A stretch of 64,000 nt of DNA from PVC group bacterium. Its GTDB lineage: Bacteria > Auribacterota > Erginobacteria > Erginobacterales > Erginobacteraceae. The translations under genes were made by a program, and so were the position numbers. Below, piece by piece: positions 1-8,449 of the stretch (positions are counted from its first letter, which is position 1; each line of letters starts with the position of its first letter). The notes under the pieces are model-generated. The model did not search any database. It was not told where the DNA came from and saw only the letters and a list, made by a program, of their open reading frames with translations. The stretch is taken from the NCBI GenBank assembly GCA_040773245.1, contig JAXGWO010000012.1, forward strand, positions 5,292 through 69,291, in the 5' to 3' direction.

Positions 1-85
1 ACTCCTGGCCAAGGTGATCCGGGAGAACCAGCTGTCCGGGAGCCGCCGGGAAAGAGTTCCGTCCCCGCCGGTCGCCGGTGAATAG
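1..85 (+). CDS. 3' end of a CDS entering from the left edge (partial, unknown product)
   Basis: Open frame LLAKVIRENQLSG...VAGE* ending in TAG at 83-85 with GC3-rich codons; too short to identify. Confidence 0.35.
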   Translation, partial: LLAKVIRENQLSGSRRERVPSPPVAGE

Positions 86-215
86 GTTTTCAGCGACCAA
101 AAGACAGCCCCGGACCGTACGTTATTACCTTCACGTAACGCATTCAGTATCAATAGATATTATTTTCCCGTAAGGAACATATTATCTCCCTATTTTTTCC
201 GCAGGAAAAAATATA

Positions 216-1301
216 ATGAAGGTAATCAACATCGTCGGGGCCCGGCCCAACTTTATCAAGATCGCCCCCCTGATGGATGCCTACCGGTCCCGGCCGGAGA
301 TCACGCCGCTCCTGGTTCACACCGGCCAGCACTACGACGAGGGGATGAGCGACCTCTTCTTCCGACAGCTGGGGATCCCCCGGCCGGATCTCAACCTCGA
401 GGTCGGCTCCTCCTCCCACGGGCGCCAGACGGCCGAAATAATGAAGCGGTTCGAGCCGGTGGTTCTGGAGGAGAAGCCGGACCTGGTGGTGGTGGTCGGG
501 GACGTCAACAGCACCATCGCCTGCGGGCTGGTGGCGGTGAAGCTGGGGGTGAGGCTGGCCCACGTCGAGGCGGGGTTGCGGAGCTTCGACCGGACGATGC
601 CCGAGGAGATCAACCGGGTCCTGACCGACGCCATCGGCGACTTGCTCTTCTGCACCGAACAGAGCGGGGTGAACAACCTCCGGAACGAGGGGGTGGCGGA
701 GGAGAAGATCTTCCTGGTCGGGAACGTGATGATCGACACCCTCCTGAAGCACCGCCGGCGGGCCGAGCAGTCCACTGTGCTGGAGGACCTCTCCCTCTCC
801 CCGGGCGGATACGCCGTTCTCACCCTTCACCGGCCGGCCAACGTCGATGACCCGGAAGCCTTCTCGGGGATCATCGACGCCCTGGAAGTCATCCAGCGGG
901 ATCTCCCGGTGCTCTTCCCCGTCCACCCCCGGACCCGTTCCCGGCTGGAGGAGGTTCTCGGCCCGGGGAGGATCGCGGCCCTGCCCCACCTCCGGACGGT
1001 TGAGCCGGTCGGCTATCTCGACTTCCTCAAGCTGATGGTCGAATCCCGGCTGGTCCTCACCGACTCCGGGGGGATCCAGGAGGAGACCACCATCCTGAAA
1101 GTTCCCTGCCTGACCATCCGCGAGAACACCGAGCGGCCGGTCACCTGCGAGATCGGGACCAACCGCCTGGCCGGGGTGAAGACGGAGACGATCCTCGCCG
1201 CCTATCGGGAGATAACCTCCGGGGAGGGCGGGGGAGGGGAGATCCCCCCGCTCTGGGACGGCCGGGCGGCCCAGCGGATCGTCGAGATCCTGCTCGGGTA
1301 G
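216..1301 (+). CDS. wecB: UDP-N-acetylglucosamine 2-epimerase (non-hydrolysing)
   Basis: GARPNFIK, HTGQHYD, VGDVNST, HVEAGLRS, PEEINR, TDSGGIQEE, RENTERP motifs. Confidence 0.95.
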   Translation: MKVINIVGARPNFIKIAPLMDAYRSRPEITPLLVHTGQHYDEGMSDLFFRQLGIPRPDLNLEVGSSSHGRQTAEIMKRFEPVVLEEKPDLVVVVGDVNSTIACGLVAVKLGVRLAHVEAGLRSFDRTMPEEINRVLTDAIGDLLFCTEQSGVNNLRNEGVAEEKIFLVGNVMIDTLLKHRRRAEQSTVLEDLSLSPGGYAVLTLHRPANVDDPEAFSGIIDALEVIQRDLPVLFPVHPRTRSRLEEVLGPGRIAALPHLRTVEPVGYLDFLKLMVESRLVLTDSGGIQEETTILKVPCLTIRENTERPVTCEIGTNRLAGVKTETILAAYREITSGEGGGGEIPPLWDGRAAQRIVEILLG

Positions 1302-1325
1302 CACAGGCATTCCTGTCTGTGCTAC
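1298..1325. repeat. GTAG-type REP-like palindrome / bidirectional terminator
   Basis: GTAGCACAGGCA-TTCC-TGTCTGTGCTAC between convergent wecB and aroA. Confidence 0.7.
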
Positions 1326-2575
1326 AGGGCGAGGAAGGCGTCGAAGAAGCCGGGGAAGGTCTTGGCCACGCAGCCCGGGTCCTTTATCTTGATCCCGGGG
1401 ATCCGCAATCCCGCCAGGGCGAAGGCCATCGCGATCCGGTGGTCGTTGTAGGTCTCGATCTCCGCCCCGTGGAGTTGCCCCCCCTCGATGACCAGGCCGT
1501 CGGGGAGTTCCTCGACCCGGGCTCCGATCTTTTTCAGCTCGACCGCCATCGCCGCCAGCCGGTCGGACTCCTTGTAGCGGAGGTTGGCGACGTTGGCGAT
1601 CACCGTCCGGCCGGGGGCGAAGAGGGCGGCCACCGCCAGGGTGGGGACCATATCCGGCATCCCGTTGAGGTCGATCTTGATCCCCCGTTTCAATGACCCC
1701 GAGATCTCGGTCCAGTCCGGGCCGTACCGGACTTTCGCCCCCATCCGCTCCAGGAGCCGGGCGAAACCGGCGTCGCCCTGGATCGAGTCCTCCCCGACGT
1801 TGAGGACCTTCAGCCTCCCGCCGGTCACGGCGGCCGCGGCCAGGAAGTAGGAGGCGGAGGAGGCGTCACCCTCGACGGCGTAATCCCGGGCCCGGTAGGT
1901 CTGGCGGGGGGGGATGGTGAAGACGGCCTGCTCTTTCTCCTCGACCTGGACCCCGAACCCCGCCATCATCCGGCAGGTCATATCGACGTAGGGGCGGGAG
2001 ACCAGTTCGCCCCTGATTTTGATGGTCACCGCTTTCCCGGCGTAAGGGGCGGCCATCAGGAGGGCGGAGAGGAACTGGCTGCTGATCTCGCCCGACAGCT
2101 CGCAGGTCCCTCCCTTCAGGCCCCGCGCCCGGATGGTGACCGGGGGGCAGCCGTTATCCTGGTCCGAACCGCCGTCCGCCCCGAGCGCCCGCAGAGCTTC
2201 CAGGAGGTCCTCGATCGGACGCTGCCGCATCCGGGGACTGCCGTCCAGGGTGTACTCCCCTCGGCCCAGGGCGGCCAGGGCGGTGAGGAAGCGCATCGTC
2301 GTCCCCGAGTTGGCCGCCCGGAGTTCGGCCCGTTCCCGGGGGATGACCCCGCCCCGCCCGGCGATCCTCAGCCCGTCATCGGTCGCGGTTACGGCGAAGC
2401 CGAGCTTCCCCAGGCCGTCGATCATCACTGTGGTATCCTCGCAGGCCAGCCAGTTGGTCAGGCGGGTCTCCCCCCCCGCCAGGGCCCCGATCACCAGGGC
2501 CCGGTTGGTGATGCTCTTCGAGCCGGGGAGGGAAACCTCAGCCTCGATTTTTTTTCCGTGGGGTATCTCCAGCAT
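1322..2575 (-). CDS. aroA: 3-phosphoshikimate 1-carboxyvinyltransferase (EPSP synthase)
   Basis: PGSKSITNRAL, NSGTTMRF, SSQFLSA, KESDRL, DHRIAM motifs. Confidence 0.96.
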   Translation of the reverse strand: MLEIPHGKKIEAEVSLPGSKSITNRALVIGALAGGETRLTNWLACEDTTVMIDGLGKLGFAVTATDDGLRIAGRGGVIPRERAELRAANSGTTMRFLTALAALGRGEYTLDGSPRMRQRPIEDLLEALRALGADGGSDQDNGCPPVTIRARGLKGGTCELSGEISSQFLSALLMAAPYAGKAVTIKIRGELVSRPYVDMTCRMMAGFGVQVEEKEQAVFTIPPRQTYRARDYAVEGDASSASYFLAAAAVTGGRLKVLNVGEDSIQGDAGFARLLERMGAKVRYGPDWTEISGSLKRGIKIDLNGMPDMVPTLAVAALFAPGRTVIANVANLRYKESDRLAAMAVELKKIGARVEELPDGLVIEGGQLHGAEIETYNDHRIAMAFALAGLRIPGIKIKDPGCVAKTFPGFFDAFLAL

Positions 2576-2717
2576 ATTATAAGCCCGGGATGTCGGTTGT
2601 CCGGTATCATATATGCAAACGGCGGCGGATGGACAACGGAAAATTCCTTTTTCCGCTTGCCCTCTTCACGCGGTTGGGAAACAATCAATCCGCCGGGAGT
2701 TGTCCCCCCGGCTCCTG

Positions 2718-3848
2718 ATGGCCGTGATGCGTGGCATAGCCGGTAAAATCCTGCTGCTGGTTTTCTGCCTGGCGGGCCTGGAGCTTGCCCTTCGCCTGTA
2801 CGTGCATTTCCCCTCCCTGCCCGGCTCCCCGGCCGTGGCTTCGGCCACCCGTTGGGAGAGGTTGCCCGAGGTCACCAGGTGGAAGCTCCAGTTCCTCGAC
2901 CTCTACGAGGAACGGGGGCGGAAGGCCATCCCGATCAGCCAGAACGAGTATCGTCCCCACCCGGTTCTCGGCTGGGTGCCGAACCCCGGCCACAGCTTCA
3001 CCAATTCGGAGGGGCAGCGGTATACCACCAACCGCCAGGGGTTCCGCAGCCCGCGCGACTACGCCCTCGACGGCAGGTTCACCGTTCTGGTGGTCGGCGA
3101 CTCGTTCACCTACGGCTCCGGGGCGGACGACTCCGAGGTCTGGCCCACCATCCTCCAGGAGATGCGCCCCGACCTCAACGTCATCAATCTCGGCGTCGGC
3201 GCCTATGGGACCGACCAGATGCTCCTGATGCTCGAGGATCGCCTGCCGGAGTACCGGCCGGACCTGGTCATCGTCGCCTTTATCTCCGATGACCTGCACA
3301 GGACTCTGCTGCCGTTTCGGGATTACTGGAAGCCGTATTTTCGGATCGAGGACAGCTCCCTGGTCCTCCGGGGGACGCCGGTCCCGGAACTGTCCGAAGG
3401 GGTGAGGCGGATCCACCGCCAGGTGAGGTTATACAAGTTCCTCCGCCTGCTCGGCCGCTCCCGCGTTTTCGGTATCGTGCTCAATTTTCTGAACGAGGTA
3501 TTACCGGACACCTCAATTCTTCCCCCGGGGGACAAATACCGTTTGAACGAGCTGATCTTCGAGCGGATGCTTTCCTCGGCCCATTCGGCAGGATCGGAGG
3601 CGCTGTTGCTGTATCTGCCCGTCGATCGCGAACTGGTAGACCCGGACCTGGAGAGCCCGGGGGAGGATTTTCTCGCCCGGTTCACGGCCGGCCGCGATGT
3701 CCGCGTGCTCAACCCTCGTTCCCGTTTCCTGGAGAGCAAGCGGGAGTATAGCCGGGAGCATTACCGTCGCCCAGCTGCCGCCGTGGTCGCCGAGACAGTT
3801 TCCGCCGCCCTGGAATCGAATTCCGGTCCGGAACCGCCCGGACCTTGA
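2718..3848 (+). CDS. SGNH/GDSL hydrolase family protein with N-terminal membrane anchor
   Basis: TNRQGFR, VVGDSFTYG (block I), NLGVGAYGTDQ (block II), His near C-terminus; start uncertain (2718 or 2727). Confidence 0.8.
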   Translation: MAVMRGIAGKILLLVFCLAGLELALRLYVHFPSLPGSPAVASATRWERLPEVTRWKLQFLDLYEERGRKAIPISQNEYRPHPVLGWVPNPGHSFTNSEGQRYTTNRQGFRSPRDYALDGRFTVLVVGDSFTYGSGADDSEVWPTILQEMRPDLNVINLGVGAYGTDQMLLMLEDRLPEYRPDLVIVAFISDDLHRTLLPFRDYWKPYFRIEDSSLVLRGTPVPELSEGVRRIHRQVRLYKFLRLLGRSRVFGIVLNFLNEVLPDTSILPPGDKYRLNELIFERMLSSAHSAGSEALLLYLPVDRELVDPDLESPGEDFLARFTAGRDVRVLNPRSRFLESKREYSREHYRRPAAAVVAETVSAALESNSGPEPPGP

Positions 3849-3908
3849 TGCCGGTGGCGGTGGGAGAAAGATGGTCGTCGATGCTTGCCGCTCTGCCGGT
3901 ATGATCAG

Positions 3909-5441
3909 ATGAATACGAAACATCTGCGCGGATCGGCCGCCGGGCTGGGCCGGTATTTCTACCCGGCGGTATTTCTCGCCTCGTGTATCTACGTTCTGAT
4001 CCTGATCGGGAACTACGACATCAACTGGGTCCATCCGGAGGTGGTGAAGATCCAGCTTCCGGGGGTGGTGAGGAACGGGGTGGAGATCGTTCCCTGGGAT
4101 CTGCTGCGCGGTTTCGACGTGCAAAGCTTCGAATACGGGGGGCGTTCCCGCTTCGTCTCCTACTTCTTTCAGACTTTCAATATAAAACTCCGGCTGCTGC
4201 TCCTCCGGTTCATCCCCCCTCACCCCAGTTTCTCCCTCACCTGGGTATTTACCCTGCTGCTCGGCCCCATCCTGATCTTCCGGCTCATCCGGGAGCTGTC
4301 CGGCGAGCGCGAGGCGGCCTGGACCGGGGCGGCGCTGTTTCTCCTCTCCACGGGCACACTCTCCGGGGTGACGATGCTCTTCCACCCGGCCAAGCCGCTG
4401 GCCCTGTTCCTGGCGCTGCTCTGCTATTACCTGGCCGTCCGGATGGCGCGGACCTCCCAAAGCGACGGGTATTTCTCTCCGGCTTACAACCGGCGGCTAA
4501 TCGTCCTGCTGGTTCTTCTCTTGGCGGCCTGTTTCACCGACGAAGCGGCCTGGTTCATCTTTGTCTGCCTGGCGGTGGGGGTTCCCGGGCTTTACCGGGA
4601 GAGGCGGAAAGGCCTGATCACCGTCGGTCTTTACGCCGGCGTCTTTGCCGGTTTCCTGATCTTTGTCACCTGGGCGGCGCCGGTTATTACCAGGAACCTC
4701 TTCGGCCAGAAAAACTTCGACTTCTGGCGGATGGCCCTGACCCGGGGAGACCATTCCGTGCTGGTGGATTACTCTGTTCTTCACACCATCCGCATCGTCC
4801 GGGACGTGATAATGAACCAGCTTGCTCCCGTGTCGCGTCTCGGCCGCCTCCTGACCCCGACGCGGATAATCGTCTTATCCATATTAACGCCATACCTGGT
4901 CTGGTCCTTCATCCGGCAGTCCCCCGCCCGCCGGAGGCTGACCCTGCGGCTGGCGGCGGTTCTGCTGCTGTATCTTGCATATCAGTCCATCATCATCGAG
5001 AAGCGGGGCCGGGCGACGATCACGACATCCTACTATTACGGCAACCTGACGGCGATCTTCTCCACGCTCTCGCTGGCCCTGATTCTTTCCGCTCCCCGGG
5101 AACCGGACCGGACCCTGGGGAAGTGGGCCCTGGTCCTGCTGCTCGTCATCTACGCCTGTAACTTTAGGATGGTCAATCGTCACTGGCTTGACAGTCACGA
5201 GGCCAGGGCCAGGTCGATCTCCGCGAAATACTTTCCCCGGCAGGCGCTGAGGATGCGGGGGAAGAGTTTGACCCGGGAGATGGTCAGGGAGGCCTGGTGG
5301 TATCGCCGGGAGCCGGAGGTCATCCAACAGCTGCAGCCGGGGTTCCCGCTCAAGGCCCTGTGGCTGTTCGCGGAATTGGAACGGGTATACCCGCCTGAGG
5401 GTGATCGGGGGTATAATGCAGCCGGGGAGTTGAGACGATGA
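3909..5441 (+). CDS. Polytopic membrane protein, probable GT-C-fold glycosyltransferase-like
   Basis: About 11-13 hydrophobic segments plus soluble C-terminal tail; family assignment is inference. Confidence 0.55.
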   Translation: MNTKHLRGSAAGLGRYFYPAVFLASCIYVLILIGNYDINWVHPEVVKIQLPGVVRNGVEIVPWDLLRGFDVQSFEYGGRSRFVSYFFQTFNIKLRLLLLRFIPPHPSFSLTWVFTLLLGPILIFRLIRELSGEREAAWTGAALFLLSTGTLSGVTMLFHPAKPLALFLALLCYYLAVRMARTSQSDGYFSPAYNRRLIVLLVLLLAACFTDEAAWFIFVCLAVGVPGLYRERRKGLITVGLYAGVFAGFLIFVTWAAPVITRNLFGQKNFDFWRMALTRGDHSVLVDYSVLHTIRIVRDVIMNQLAPVSRLGRLLTPTRIIVLSILTPYLVWSFIRQSPARRRLTLRLAAVLLLYLAYQSIIIEKRGRATITTSYYYGNLTAIFSTLSLALILSAPREPDRTLGKWALVLLLVIYACNFRMVNRHWLDSHEARARSISAKYFPRQALRMRGKSLTREMVREAWWYRREPEVIQQLQPGFPLKALWLFAELERVYPPEGDRGYNAAGELRR

Positions 5442-5869
5442 GAAGAAGGCAGTTTCTTTCCCGGCTGTTTCAGCTGGCGCTGGGCTGGCTGGTGGGGGGG
5501 AGGGCGCTCCAGGCCTTCGCGGCCTTCACCGAGCGGGGGGTCTTCGACCTCGGGCCGGCCTCCGGCTTCCCCCCGGGGACGATCCGGCACCTGCTCTACC
5601 TGGAGGCCTTCATCGTCTCCGACGCCGAGGGGATTTACGCCCTCAACGCCCGCTGCACCCACCGGGGCGGGCCGCTCTTCAAGACCGAGAAGAACGACGC
5701 CCTGGTCTGCCGGAGGCACAACTCCCGCTTCGACCTCGCGGGGAAGGCCGTCCGGGGACCGGCCCACGAGCCCCTGGAGTGGGTCCGCCTGGAGAAGGAC
5801 GAGAAGGGACGGCTGATCCTCTACGCCCGCTACCGGGGGGAGAGGGGCGTGAAAATTCCCCACAGCTGA
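5438..5869 (+). CDS. Rieske [2Fe-2S] protein with Tat signal peptide
   Basis: MRRRQFL twin-arginine motif; CTH...CRRHNSRFD ligand boxes; ATGA overlap with upstream gene. Confidence 0.85.
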   Translation: MRRRQFLSRLFQLALGWLVGGRALQAFAAFTERGVFDLGPASGFPPGTIRHLLYLEAFIVSDAEGIYALNARCTHRGGPLFKTEKNDALVCRRHNSRFDLAGKAVRGPAHEPLEWVRLEKDEKGRLILYARYRGERGVKIPHS

Positions 5870-5878
5870 CGCCATACG

Positions 5879-5906
5879 GTAGGTCAGGCATTCCTGCCTG
5901 ACCTGC
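5879..5906. repeat. GTAG-type REP-like palindrome / terminator
   Basis: GTAGGTCAGGCA-TTCC-TGCCTGACCTGC, same CAGGCATTCCTG core as 1298-1325, between convergent genes. Confidence 0.7.
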
Positions 5907-5908
5907 CT

Positions 5909-6832
5909 TTAGTTCACCTGGAAGGTGGTGTCGCCGGTTTCGAAGAAGGCGACAATCTGTTTCGCGGCGGCCACCCCGGCGTTGAGGTTGGCCTCGGCGG
6001 TCTGGGCCCCCATCTTCTTCGGGGTGAAGAAGCAGCGGTTCCCGTCGCAGACCAGGATCTTGTCCTTGTTCCCGGGGGCGACGTCGGCGACGTACTTGAA
6101 GCCGGGACGCTCCTGGTAGATCTTCAGTAGGCTCTCCTCGTCGATGATCTCCGCCCGGGCGGTGTTGACCAGGACCGCGTCTTCCTTCATCAGCTTCATC
6201 AGGTCGTAGTTGACCGAACCCTTGGTCTCGGCGGTGGCCGGGATGTGGAGGGAGAGGACGTCGCTCTCCCGGTAGAGTTCCTCCAGGGAGTCGGCCGGGG
6301 TCACTCCGGCCTTCTTCATCACCTCGGCCGGGATGAAGGGGTCGAAGGCGATCACCTCCATCCCGAAGCCGCCGATGGCGATCTCGGCCACCCGCCTCGC
6401 GACGTGTCCGAAGGCCTGCAGGCCGAGGGTCTTCCCCTTCAGCTCGTGCCCCGACTTGCCGTCGTACTTCCCCCGGGCGGCCATAATCATCATCCCGATC
6501 GCCAGCTCGGCCACCGCGTTGGCGTTCTGCCCCGGGGTGTTCTCGACCACGATCCCCCGTTTCTTGGCGGCGGTGCAGTCGACGTTGTCGTAGCCGGCGC
6601 CGGCCCGGACCACCAGCTTCAGGTTCGGGGCGGCGGCCATCACCCCGTCGGTGACCTTGTCGCTGCGGACGATCAGGGCGTCGGCGTCCCCGACCGCCCC
6701 GATCAAGGCGGCCTGGTCGGAGTAGGATTCCAGCAGCTTCACCTCGTAGCCGGCCTCCATCAGGACGGCGGAGGTCCGGTCCCGGGCGTCGGCGGCGAAG
6801 GGTTTCTGGGTGGCGATCAGCACCTTGGGCAT
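5909..6832 (-). CDS. serA: D-3-phosphoglycerate dehydrogenase, short form without ACT domain (type IIIK-like)
   Basis: VRAGAGYDNVD, NTPGQNANAVAEL, VNTARAE, TPKKMGAQTAEAN; next to serC; AGAGGAG RBS before ATG 6832. Confidence 0.88.
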   Translation of the reverse strand: MPKVLIATQKPFAADARDRTSAVLMEAGYEVKLLESYSDQAALIGAVGDADALIVRSDKVTDGVMAAAPNLKLVVRAGAGYDNVDCTAAKKRGIVVENTPGQNANAVAELAIGMMIMAARGKYDGKSGHELKGKTLGLQAFGHVARRVAEIAIGGFGMEVIAFDPFIPAEVMKKAGVTPADSLEELYRESDVLSLHIPATAETKGSVNYDLMKLMKEDAVLVNTARAEIIDEESLLKIYQERPGFKYVADVAPGNKDKILVCDGNRCFFTPKKMGAQTAEANLNAGVAAAKQIVAFFETGDTTFQVN

Positions 6833-6855
6833 AACTGATACTCCTCTCTTTTTAA

Positions 6856-7176
6856 CCACGAATTGAATTTTTTTAATAACCGCTCATCCCAAGTAAAGAT
6901 CCGAATAAATAATCGCTATCGGGATCGCTGTCGGGATCGCTATCGAAGGTTTGTCGTCCCTCGCCTGGCCCCCTTTTTAGTCCACGAATTACACTAATTT
7001 CCTCGAATTATCCCCCCGCCTCGCCCCCTTATTTGTCCACTGATTACTCAGATTGCTCTGATTGGGTACCACTCCCCACTGCCTACTGCCCACTGCCCAA
7101 TCAAACCGCAAATCTCCGCGAATCGCTCTGCTTACTGCTCACTGGCTATTCCCCATTCCCTATTCCCTATTCCCTG
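6856..7176. repeat. Mosaic of short 6-, 7- and 9-bp tandem repeats in the serC-serA spacer
   Basis: ATCGCT/ATCGGG hexamers (~6912-6947), CCACGAATTACACTAATT-type 9-mers (~6982-7010), CTGCCTA/CTGCCCA (~7079-7099), CTGCTTA/CTGCTCA (~7128-7148), TTCCCCA/TTCCCTA x4 (~7149-7176). Confidence 0.75.
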
Positions 7177-8252
7177 TTACTCTTCTCGAACTTCTTCATA
7201 AACCCGACCAGGGCCTTTACTCCCTCCTCGGGGAAGGCGTTGTAGATCGAAGCCCGGCAGCCGCCGACCGAGCGGTGGCCCTTCAGCCCGATGAAGCCGG
7301 CCTTCTTGGCTTCGGCGATGAACTTGGCTTCCAGTTCCTCGGTCGGGAGGCGGAAGGTGACGTTCATAATCGAGCGGTCGGTTCGGTCGGCGGTCCCCCG
7401 GTAGAAGTCGCCGGCGTCGATCTGGTCGTAGAGCCGGCCCGCCTTCCGCTCGTTCAGTTCCTCCATCGCCGCGATCCCGCCGTTGTTCTTCAGCCACTTC
7501 AGGACCAGTCCCACGATGTAGACCGCGAAGACCGGGGGGGTGTTGTAGTTGGAGTCATTCTCAGCGTGGGTCCGGTAGTCGAGCATCGTGGTCAGCCCGT
7601 CCGGGCACTTCTCGAGCATCCGCGGGGAGATGATCACGATCGTCACCCCGGCCGGGCCGAGGTTCTTCTGGGCCCCGGCGTAGATCAGGTCGAACTTCGA
7701 GACGTCGATCCGCCGGCTGCAGATCTCCGAGGACATATCGGCGACCAGGGGGACGTCCCCGGTCTCGGGGAAGCGGGCCCAGCGGATGCCCCCGATCGTC
7801 TCGTTGGAGCAGAGATGGACGTACCTGGCGTCGGGGGAGAGCTTCAGGTCCTCCAGGGCCGGGATGTAGCAGAAGTTGCGGTCCTCGGAACTGCCGGCGA
7901 CGTTGACCTGCCCGAAGAGCTTGGCTTCCTTGATCGCCTTCTTGGCCCAGGCCCCGGTGTTGACGTAATCGGCCGTCCCTCCGGCCAGGAAGTTCATCGG
8001 GATCATCCCGAACTGGAGGCTGGCTCCGCCCCCCAGGAAGAGGATGGAGTAGTCCTCCGGGATGGAGAGCAGCTCCCGGAGGTCGTCGCGGGCCGCGTCG
8101 TTGATCCCGGCGTAGCCGGGGGACCGGTGGCTCGACTCCAGGATCGAGAGCCCGGTGCCGGCGAAGTTCAGCAGTTCCTTCTGGGCCTGCTCCATCACCT
8201 CCAGGGGAAGGATGGCCGGCCCGGCGTACAGGTTGTATGGTCTGTCGGTCAT
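7167..8252 (-). CDS. serC: Phosphoserine aminotransferase
   Basis: AGPAILP, SHRS, GGGASLQF, ADMSS, YAGAQKNLGPAG, YNTPP, GLKGHRSVGGCRASIYNA. Confidence 0.97.
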   Translation of the reverse strand: MTDRPYNLYAGPAILPLEVMEQAQKELLNFAGTGLSILESSHRSPGYAGINDAARDDLRELLSIPEDYSILFLGGGASLQFGMIPMNFLAGGTADYVNTGAWAKKAIKEAKLFGQVNVAGSSEDRNFCYIPALEDLKLSPDARYVHLCSNETIGGIRWARFPETGDVPLVADMSSEICSRRIDVSKFDLIYAGAQKNLGPAGVTIVIISPRMLEKCPDGLTTMLDYRTHAENDSNYNTPPVFAVYIVGLVLKWLKNNGGIAAMEELNERKAGRLYDQIDAGDFYRGTADRTDRSIMNVTFRLPTEELEAKFIAEAKKAGFIGLKGHRSVGGCRASIYNAFPEEGVKALVGFMKKFEKSNRE

Positions 8253-8449
8253 TGCTGGCTCCTTTGCTTAAAACGGTTTTGGGAGAAAGTCAATACCAGA
8301 TCGGCCGGTAAGTTTTGATCCAGCCGATCAGCGCGCGGACAGCATCGCGATTTCCATCGTTGATCCCGGCTCCGGGGTGATCCGCTCACGGCGGGCAAGA
8401 AGAACTTTCGGGGGAAGAACGGTAGCCCGAAGTTCACCGGGCTTGGGTG

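Noticed and set aside
6856-7176. Repeat-rich spacer considered as a CRISPR array
   Set aside because: Units are 6-9 bp with no 23-47 bp repeat/spacer periodicity, and no cas genes are present
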